A stretch of 5,475 nt of DNA. It comes from Enterobacteria phage ID204 Moscow/ID. The notes beneath the pieces were generated by a model. That model saw only the letters and a program-made list of their open reading frames with translations. It had not been told where the DNA came from and did not search any database. The DNA is taken from the sequence record KC237308; one strand, given 5' to 3'. The position numbers and the translations under genes were made by a program. Shown piece by piece: positions 1 to 4,467 of this stretch (positions are counted from its first letter, which is position 1; the number at the start of each line of letters is the position of its first letter).

Positions 1-3
1 ACC

Positions 4-33
4 TTGACACAACCATAACTACATATCTATTAT
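4..33 (+). promoter_or_regulatory. Candidate sigma70 promoter for gene A (pA): -35 TTGACA at 4..9, 18-nt spacer, -10 TATTAT at 28..33
   Basis: Seen in sequence: exact TTGACA hexamer and a 5/6 match to TATAAT with 18-nt spacing. From memory, phiX174 has a TTGACA in the equivalent H-A intergenic position. The -10 assignment is inference; CTATTA at 27..32 with a 17-nt spacer is an alternative. Confidence 0.45.
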
Positions 34-34
34 G

Positions 35-59
35 CCTCCAAATCATCGGAGGCTTTCTT
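35..59 (+). promoter_or_regulatory. Stem-loop CCTCC (35..39) / GGAGG (48..52) with an 8-nt loop, followed by a pyrimidine-rich tract CTTTCTT; it sequesters the gene A Shine-Dalgarno and may be the readthrough terminator after H
   Basis: Seen in sequence: perfect 5-bp inverted repeat whose 3' arm is the GGAGG Shine-Dalgarno 9 nt upstream of the ATG at 62. From memory, phiX174 has the same arrangement (CCTCCAAATCTTGGAGGCTTTTTT before the A start). The regulatory or terminator role is inference. Confidence 0.4.
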
Positions 60-61
60 AC

Positions 62-1723
62 ATGCAACAAGCTAGTGACTTCTACAACAAACCACATATC
101 GACGCTATAAAACCACTCGTTGAAACCGCTGGTATGTCTGTGCTCTCTCAATCTCCAAACCTCCGTATCTGGAAACAGGTAAATTCTCGCATCAAACTTC
201 TGGAAGAAATTCTCGCTCATTACACCAATGGTATACGCCGTGACGACAACGGCGACTTCTGGATGAATCCTAACTCTCAACTCGCAACTACAATTGCCTA
301 TCGTGCCCATCAAAAAGGACACAATCCAAAACTTATTCAATACCCTGATACATTCACTCTGGATGACATTATCCGTAAAAAGCCATTACCACAAAACGCC
401 CCTGACGAATTAAAACTCTCCGATGAAATCGGGGAAGACTATCGCCTTACAATCATCTCTCTAATCGAAGAAATGCAAGAAATCTACGACGTGCTCGGAC
501 AACTTGATATTAATAACACTATAGACCACAAACCTATCGGTAACGCCCACTGGAATCTACTCTATGAAAAACCTGTCTATAAACACTGGTATGAACTGGT
601 ATCAAAACGACCCCTTAAATCAATCAGAGACGACTACAACTATGCAAAGGCTAAGGGTATCAAAGATGAGTGCTCGAAAATCCTTGAGGAATCTACTATG
701 AAATCACGTAGGGGCTTTACCGTTCAAAGATTAATGAATGCTATGCGTACCGCTCACACTGAGGGCTGGTATGTTGTATTCGATACTCTTACTCTAGCCG
801 ATGACCGCTTAAAGGACTTCTATGATAACCCCAATGCTCTTCGTGACTACTTTCGTGATATTGGTCGCATGGTTCTCACTGCCGAGGGTCGTTCTGTGCA
901 TGATTCATCTGCGGACTGCTATCAGTACTTTTGTGTGCCTGAGTATGGCACCCAGCACGGCCGTCTACATTTTCACGCAGTGCACCTTATGCGCACACTT
1001 CCTCTGGGTTCTATCGACCCTAACTTTGGTAAGCTGGTGCGTACTAATCGGCAAATAAATAGCTTGCAAAACACATGGCCTTATGGTTACTCTATGCCCA
1101 TCGCGGTTAGATACTCCCAAGATGCGTTCTCACGCGCTGGCTGGCTCTGGCCTGTTGATACAAAGGGTGAACCCCTTAAAGCTACCTCGTATATGGCTGT
1201 CGGCTTCTACGTCGCTAAATACGTTAACAAAAAATCAGATATTGACATGGCCTCTAAAGGTCTAGGGAATAAAGAATGGAACAATTCACTCAAAACCAAA
1301 ATCAACCTGTTGCCCAAGAAAATCTTTCGCATCAGAATGTCCCGCAACTTCGGAATGAAGCTCCAGTCAATGAGTCACCTCTCAGCGGAAACACTCATTC
1401 AACTGACCCAAGTGGGTTACGACGTGACCCCGTTCAACAACATCTTGAAGCAGAACGCCAAGAAAGAGCTCAGATTGAGGCTGGCAAAGAAATCTGTCGC
1501 CGACGTTTTGGAGGCGCAACCTGTGACGACCAATCTGCTAAAATTCATGCGCAATTTGACCCGTCAAATCGGAGTGTCCAGCCTACAGAGTTTTATCGCT
1601 TCAATGACAACGAAATTAACAAGTATGGATATTTCTGATGAAACCAAAAACTACGTTGATACTTCAGGAATTGCTTCTACTCACTTACGAATTAAATCGA
1701 AGTGGACTGCTGGCGGAAAATGA
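62..1723 (+). CDS. A: Replication initiation protein A (HUH rolling-circle endonuclease), 553 aa
   Basis: The translation aligns along its whole length with phiX174 gpA as I recall it (for example the C-terminal block ...KSKWTAGGK). The HUH motif HFHAVH is encoded at 968..985 and the active-site tyrosines of YVAKYVNKK at 1208..1210 and 1220..1222. I chose the ATG at 62 because it follows GGAGG (48..52) at 9-nt spacing and matches the position of the phiX174 A start. The ORF track's ATG at 32 is in frame but has no Shine-Dalgarno and lies inside the predicted -10 element. Stop TGA at 1721..1723. Confidence 0.93.
   Translation: MQQASDFYNKPHIDAIKPLVETAGMSVLSQSPNLRIWKQVNSRIKLLEEILAHYTNGIRRDDNGDFWMNPNSQLATTIAYRAHQKGHNPKLIQYPDTFTLDDIIRKKPLPQNAPDELKLSDEIGEDYRLTIISLIEEMQEIYDVLGQLDINNTIDHKPIGNAHWNLLYEKPVYKHWYELVSKRPLKSIRDDYNYAKAKGIKDECSKILEESTMKSRRGFTVQRLMNAMRTAHTEGWYVVFDTLTLADDRLKDFYDNPNALRDYFRDIGRMVLTAEGRSVHDSSADCYQYFCVPEYGTQHGRLHFHAVHLMRTLPLGSIDPNFGKLVRTNRQINSLQNTWPYGYSMPIAVRYSQDAFSRAGWLWPVDTKGEPLKATSYMAVGFYVAKYVNKKSDIDMASKGLGNKEWNNSLKTKINLLPKKIFRIRMSRNFGMKLQSMSHLSAETLIQLTQVGYDVTPFNNILKQNAKKELRLRLAKKSVADVLEAQPVTTNLLKFMRNLTRQIGVSSLQSFIASMTTKLTSMDISDETKNYVDTSGIASTHLRIKSKWTAGGK
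500..529 (+). other. Viral (+) strand origin of rolling-circle replication, 30-nt core recognised and nicked by protein A; predicted nick between G506 and A507
   Basis: Seen in sequence: CAACTTGATATTAATAACACTATAGACCAC, which matches the phiX174 origin 30-mer as I recall it. It lies inside gene A, encoding ...[10 protein letters not shown]..., as in phiX174. The nick position is taken from established knowledge of phiX174 gpA cleavage. Confidence 0.85.
698..1723 (+). CDS. A*: Protein A* (N-terminally truncated A, from an internal in-frame start), 341 aa
   Basis: In-frame ATG at 698 (MKSRRGF...) preceded by GAGGA at 686..690 with 7-nt spacing. Position and length (341 aa) match the phiX174 A* start as I recall it. 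Whether this start is used is inference by homology. Confidence 0.75.
   Translation: MKSRRGFTVQRLMNAMRTAHTEGWYVVFDTLTLADDRLKDFYDNPNALRDYFRDIGRMVLTAEGRSVHDSSADCYQYFCVPEYGTQHGRLHFHAVHLMRTLPLGSIDPNFGKLVRTNRQINSLQNTWPYGYSMPIAVRYSQDAFSRAGWLWPVDTKGEPLKATSYMAVGFYVAKYVNKKSDIDMASKGLGNKEWNNSLKTKINLLPKKIFRIRMSRNFGMKLQSMSHLSAETLIQLTQVGYDVTPFNNILKQNAKKELRLRLAKKSVADVLEAQPVTTNLLKFMRNLTRQIGVSSLQSFIASMTTKLTSMDISDETKNYVDTSGIASTHLRIKSKWTAGGK
1276..1638 (+). CDS. B: Internal scaffolding protein B, 120 aa, overprinted inside gene A in an alternate frame
   Basis: ORF-track translation MEQFTQNQ...[15 protein letters not shown]...[16 protein letters not shown] aligns with phiX174 gpB (120 aa) as I recall it. A purine-rich AGGGA lies at 1264..1268 upstream of the ATG. 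Stop TGA at 1636..1638. Confidence 0.92.
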   Translation: MEQFTQNQNQPVAQENLSHQNVPQLRNEAPVNESPLSGNTHSTDPSGLRRDPVQQHLEAERQERAQIEAGKEICRRRFGGATCDDQSAKIHAQFDPSNRSVQPTEFYRFNDNEINKYGYF

Positions 1724-1790
1724 TGAAATTCAATCTCAACTTAAAGAATTCGAGAAGCTCTTACTTCGTCACCTTTCGCCATCACCTTAA
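1638..1790 (+). CDS. K: Protein K (small non-essential protein), 50 aa, overlapping the end of A and the start of C in a third frame
   Basis: Not in the ORF track (too short). Hand translation from the ATG at 1638 gives [50 protein letters not shown], with stop TAA at 1788..1790. It matches phiX174 gpK ([31 protein letters not shown]...) as I recall it. The ATG shares its A with the stop codon of B (TGATG). Confidence 0.8.
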   Translation: MKPKTTLILQELLLLTYELNRSGLLAENDEIQSQLKEFEKLLLRHLSPSP

Positions 1791-1974
1791 CGTCTTGGCA
1801 AAGACTGACGCCCTCGACGAGGAAAAATACCTAAACATGCTAGGTGCTCTCCTCAAGGACTGGTTCCGGTATGAAGAGCATTTCGTACATGGTAAACAAT
1901 CAATGCTTGACTTATTAAATGAACGTGGACTATTATCCACATCAACAACCAACCCAAAAGGAAATACAAAATGA
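1720..1974 (+). CDS. C: Protein C (switch from RF replication to ssDNA synthesis and packaging), 84 aa
   Basis: Translation [58 protein letters not shown]... matches phiX174 gpC as I recall it. The ORF track begins at a GTG at 1702; the ATG at 1720 overlaps the A stop as ATGA, the same arrangement as in phiX174. Stop TGA at 1972..1974. Confidence 0.88.
   Translation: MMKFNLNLKNSRSSYFVTFRHHLNVLAKTDALDEEKYLNMLGALLKDWFRYEEHFVHGKQSMLDLLNERGLLSTSTTNPKGNTK
1907..1936 (+). promoter_or_regulatory. Candidate sigma70 promoter for the D-E-J-F-G-H late transcript (pD): -35 TTGACT at 1907..1912, 18-nt spacer, -10 TATTAT at 1931..1936
   Basis: Seen in sequence. It lies inside gene C about 35 nt upstream of D, in the same relative position and with the same architecture as the phiX174 pD region as I recall it (TTGACA ... 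GCGTGGATTACTAT). Activity is inferred. Confidence 0.5.
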
Positions 1975-2426
1975 ATTCTAACGAATCTGCTGTTGCTTTC
2001 GCTACTGCTCTTGCATCTATCAAGCTCATCCAAGCTTCATCTGTGCTGGACCTGACCGAAGACGACTTCGACTTCCTAACCCGTGACCGTGTATGGATTG
2101 CTACCGACCGCTCCCGTGCTCGCCGCGCTATTGAGGCCTGCGTATATGGTACATTGGACTTTGTCGGATACCCTCGCTTTCCTGCTCCTGTTGAATTTAT
2201 TGCTGCCGTCATTGCTTATTATGTTCATCCCGTTAACATCCAGACAGCATGTCTTATTATGGAAGGCGCCGAATTCACCGAAAATATTATCAATGGTGTT
2301 GACCAGCCAGTTAAGGCCGCTGAACTATTCGCTTTTACCCTGCGTGTACGCGCCGGAAACACTGACCATGTTACACATGCAGAAACTAACGTACGTGAAC
2401 AATTACGTGCTCAAGGAGTAATGTAA
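1971..2426 (+). CDS. D: External scaffolding protein D, 151 aa
   Basis: Translation is near-identical over long blocks to phiX174 gpD as I recall it (TALASIKLIQAS.VLDLTEDDFDFLT...WIATDRSRARR...EACVYGTLDFVGYPRFPAPVEFIAAVIAYYVHPVNIQTACLIMEGAEFTENIING). AAAGGA lies 8 nt upstream. The ATG overlaps the C stop as ATGA. Stop TAA at 2424..2426. Confidence 0.96.
   Translation: MNSNESAVAFATALASIKLIQASSVLDLTEDDFDFLTRDRVWIATDRSRARRAIEACVYGTLDFVGYPRFPAPVEFIAAVIAYYVHPVNIQTACLIMEGAEFTENIINGVDQPVKAAELFAFTLRVRAGNTDHVTHAETNVREQLRAQGVM
2146..2421 (+). CDS. E: Lysis protein E (MraY inhibitor), 91 aa, overprinted inside gene D in the +1 frame
   Basis: Internal ATG at 2146 within the 2083..2421 ORF gives MVHWTLSDTLAFLLLLNLLLPSLLIMFIP..., matching phiX174 gpE (MVRWTLWDTLAFLLLLSLLLPSLLIMFIP...) as I recall it, including the transmembrane helix and the proline at position 21. 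GAGG at 2133..2136 lies 9 nt upstream. Length of 91 aa equals phiX174 E. Confidence 0.9.
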   Translation: MVHWTLSDTLAFLLLLNLLLPSLLIMFIPLTSRQHVLLWKAPNSPKILSMVLTSQLRPLNYSLLPCVYAPETLTMLHMQKLTYVNNYVLKE

Positions 2427-2506
2427 TGGCTAAAGGCTCTCGTCGGCGTTCGCCGTCCCGCTCTAAAGGTGCTCGCCTCTGGTATGTTGGCGGCACACAA
2501 TTCTAA
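2426..2506 (+). CDS. J: Small basic DNA-binding/packaging protein J, 26 aa
   Basis: Not in the ORF track (too short). Hand translation gives MAKGSRRRSPSRSKGARLWYVGGTQF, with stop TAA at 2504..2506. The C-terminal GARLWYVGG motif matches phiX174 gpJ as I recall it. AGGAG at 2414..2418 lies 7 nt upstream. The ATG shares one nucleotide with the D stop (TAATG). Confidence 0.88.
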   Translation: MAKGSRRRSPSRSKGARLWYVGGTQF

Positions 2507-2512
2507 TCTTCT

Positions 2513-2534
2513 AGGGGCTTCGGCCCCTCTATTT
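2513..2534 (+). terminator. J-F intergenic hairpin AGGGGC-UUCG-GCCCCU (2513..2528) followed by CTATTT; candidate partial terminator and mRNA-stabilising element
   Basis: Seen in sequence: perfect 6-bp G/C-rich stem closing a UUCG tetraloop, immediately after the J stop. The same GGGGCTTCGGCCCC element is present after J in phiX174 as I recall it. Terminator function is from established knowledge of phiX174, not tested here. Confidence 0.6.
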
Positions 2535-2545
2535 AAGGATATAAA

Positions 2546-3829
2546 ATGTCTAACGTTCAAACTTCCGCTGACCGCATTCCTAACGACCTTTCTCACCTCG
2601 TCTTCGAGGCTGGCAAAATCGGTCGTTTAAAAACTATCTCTTGGACTCCAGTTGTCGCTGGCGACTCATTTGAAACTGAAATGGTAGGCGCTATTCGCCT
2701 TTCCCCACTTCGTCGCGGCCTTGCCGTCGACTCTCGTGTGGATATCTTCTCTTTCTATATCCCGCACCGCCATATCTACGGACAACAATTTATTGACTTC
2801 ATGAAAGCTGGCGTTAATGCCGCTCCTCTTGCTCCGGTTACCTGCTCCTCTGGCTGGGATTCTGCTGCCTATCTTGGCACTATTCCATCCTCAAACCTCA
2901 AGGTTCCTAAATTCTTACATCAAGGATACCTTAATATTTACAACAACTACTTTAAGCCACCGTGGGATGCTGACCTTACTTACGCTAACCCATCTAATAT
3001 GCCTGAACAGGATTATAAATGGGGCGTTTGTGTCGCTAACTTAAAATCTATCTGGACTGCCCCCTTACCTCCTAACTCTAAAACATCAGAGACTATGACC
3101 ACTGGTGCTACGTCTATTGATATTATGGGCCTGCAAGCTGCTTATGCTAAATTGCACACCCAACAAGAACGTGACTACTTCATGACTCGTTACCGCGATA
3201 TTATGAAAGACTTCGGAGGTCACACCTCCTATGACGGCGATAACCGTCCTCTTCTGCTTATGCGCTCTGAATTCTGGGCCTCTGGCTATGACGTCGACGG
3301 TACTGACCAAACCTCTTTAGGTCAGTTCTCCGGTCGCGTCCAACAAACATTCAATCACAAGGTACCTCGCTTTTATGTACCTGAACACGGCGTTATCATG
3401 ACTCTCGCCGTTACTCGCTTCCCTCCGACTCATGAAATGGAGATGCACTATCTTGTCGGCAAGGAATCTTTAACCTATACCGACCTCGCTTGCGACCCTG
3501 CTCTTATGGCTAACCTTCCTCCGCGCGAAGTATCCCTTAAGGAATTCTTCCACTCCTCGCCGGACTCTGCTAAGTTCAAAATTGCCGAAGGCCAATGGTA
3601 TCGTACGCAGCCTGACCGCGTCGCATTCCCCTACAACGCACTTGACGGCTTCCCTTTCTACTCTGCTCTGCCGTCTACTGACTTAAAACAACGTGTCCTA
3701 GTTAACACTGATAACTACGACGAAATCTTTCAGTCTATGCAACTCGCACACTGGAATATGCAAACTAAATTTAATACTACCGTCTATAGACATATGCCTA
3801 CGACTCGTGATTCAATCATGACGTCATAA
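2546..3829 (+). CDS. F: Major capsid protein F, 427 aa
   Basis: Translation aligns along its whole length with phiX174 gpF as I recall it (MSN.QT...DLSHL...PLRRGLA.DS.VDIF.FY.PHRH.YG...QGYLNIYNNYFK.PW...TSIDIMGLQAAYA.LHT.QERDYFM.RY...LPTTRDSIMTS), and the length is identical at 427 aa. AAGGA at 2535..2539 lies 6 nt upstream. Confidence 0.97.
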   Translation: MSNVQTSADRIPNDLSHLVFEAGKIGRLKTISWTPVVAGDSFETEMVGAIRLSPLRRGLAVDSRVDIFSFYIPHRHIYGQQFIDFMKAGVNAAPLAPVTCSSGWDSAAYLGTIPSSNLKVPKFLHQGYLNIYNNYFKPPWDADLTYANPSNMPEQDYKWGVCVANLKSIWTAPLPPNSKTSETMTTGATSIDIMGLQAAYAKLHTQQERDYFMTRYRDIMKDFGGHTSYDGDNRPLLLMRSEFWASGYDVDGTDQTSLGQFSGRVQQTFNHKVPRFYVPEHGVIMTLAVTRFPPTHEMEMHYLVGKESLTYTDLACDPALMANLPPREVSLKEFFHSSPDSAKFKIAEGQWYRTQPDRVAFPYNALDGFPFYSALPSTDLKQRVLVNTDNYDEIFQSMQLAHWNMQTKFNTTVYRHMPTTRDSIMTS

Positions 3830-3840
3830 AGCCTATAACG

Positions 3841-3878
3841 TGACAGGGGGAAAAATTTTAATTTTTCGCCCCCTGTCA
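3841..3878 (+). other. Long imperfect hairpin in the F-G intergenic region (arms TGACAGGGGG / CCCCCTGTCA with an internal AAAAATT / AATTTTT sub-stem); candidate terminator and complementary-strand priming or primosome-assembly site
   Basis: Seen in sequence: 10-bp outer stem 3841..3850 with 3869..3878, plus an inner 7-bp A/T stem and a CG bulge. The phiX174 F-G intergenic region has a homologous hairpin around the same AAAAATTTTAATTTTT core as I recall it. The function is inferred from phiX174/G4 knowledge. Confidence 0.55.
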
Positions 3879-3927
3879 GGTTGAACAAGCGCAAGCGCGT
3901 TAGCTACTTAACTTAAGGACTACTACT

Positions 3928-4458
3928 ATGTTTCAATCTTACGTCTCTAATCACACTTCACCTCAAACTAATACAACTATCTCCGGCTCTAAAACCCCTG
4001 CCGCTCTGGCTCCTATTTTATCTACGCCAGAGCTTAGCAGGGCTACTTTAGCCGGAACTATTACTACTACTGCGTTAGCTTCATACGCTGGTCTAGCACA
4101 TATTGTGCGCATTGACCACACTAACGCTACTAATCATCAATTACTAACTATCGCAACCTCTCTCGCGTCTGCCTCGCCTATTACTGCGATGGCTGTACGC
4201 TTCGAGGTTGCTTCGGGTACGGTTCCTACCGCTATCCCTTCTACAGCTACTTACTATCCAATTCAAAATATCATCTCCGGTACCTTCTTATCTGTCCGAG
4301 ATGCCGTTACTATCGAGACTATTCCAACCACTTCGTCAAATGACGTCTATGCTGGTGTCTTTATCTTCTCTAATGCATGGGTTGCTGGCCCTGTCTCTGG
4401 CGTTATCTCTGTCAATCAGGTAAACCGTGAGGTTTCTGTACTCCAACCTCTTAAATAA
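3928..4458 (+). CDS. G: Major spike protein G, 176 aa
   Basis: Translation MFQSY.S...VRFE..S..VPT..P....YYP......G.F..V.D.VTI...P.......VY.G.......WV.......SVNQV..E...LQPLK aligns with phiX174 gpG (175 aa) at the conserved positions I recall. AAGGA at 3915..3919 lies 8 nt upstream. Stop TAA at 4456..4458. Confidence 0.93.
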   Translation: MFQSYVSNHTSPQTNTTISGSKTPAALAPILSTPELSRATLAGTITTTALASYAGLAHIVRIDHTNATNHQLLTIATSLASASPITAMAVRFEVASGTVPTAIPSTATYYPIQNIISGTFLSVRDAVTIETIPTTSSNDVYAGVFIFSNAWVAGPVSGVISVNQVNREVSVLQPLK

Positions 4459-4467
4459 GGAACTACT

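Noticed and set aside
32-61. The ORF-track start of A at ATG 32, which would give a 563-aa protein
   Set aside because: It has no Shine-Dalgarno and overlaps the predicted -10 hexamer. The ATG at 62 has a GGAGG at ideal spacing and matches the phiX174 start position. I kept it as an in-frame alternative only.
822-1265. Alternate-frame + strand ORFs inside gene A (822..1058, 78 aa; 1083..1265, 60 aa)
   Set aside because: I see no convincing ribosome-binding sites and they have no counterpart among known phiX174 genes. B is the only established overprinted gene in this part of A.
1242-1270. TTGACA at 1242..1247 as a -35 element for a B promoter
   Set aside because: There is no acceptable -10 hexamer at 16 to 19 nt spacing (the downstream sequence is TCTAGGGAAT, which serves as the B Shine-Dalgarno). 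It is also too close to the B start compared with the long B leader I recall for phiX174.
1702-1719. GTG at 1702 as the start of C (the ORF-track 90-aa version)
   Set aside because: This is an artefact of the six-frame maximal ORF. The ATG at 1720 overlapping the A stop as ATGA is the conserved phiX174 arrangement.
1853-2212. Minus-strand ORF of 119 aa opposite C and D, and the other minus-strand ORFs (1782..2033, 2411..2596, 3086..3310, 4336..4665, 5074..5274)
   Set aside because: Microviruses transcribe only from the minus-strand template, so all mRNAs are + sense. These ORFs lack upstream Shine-Dalgarno or promoter context and lie opposite highly constrained genes. They are most likely chance open frames.
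3885-3905. GCGCAAGCGCG as a separate second hairpin in the F-G region
   Set aside because: The GCGC arms would enclose only a 2-nt loop and the flanking bases do not extend the stem. I treated it as part of the conserved intergenic block and not as a distinct structured element.
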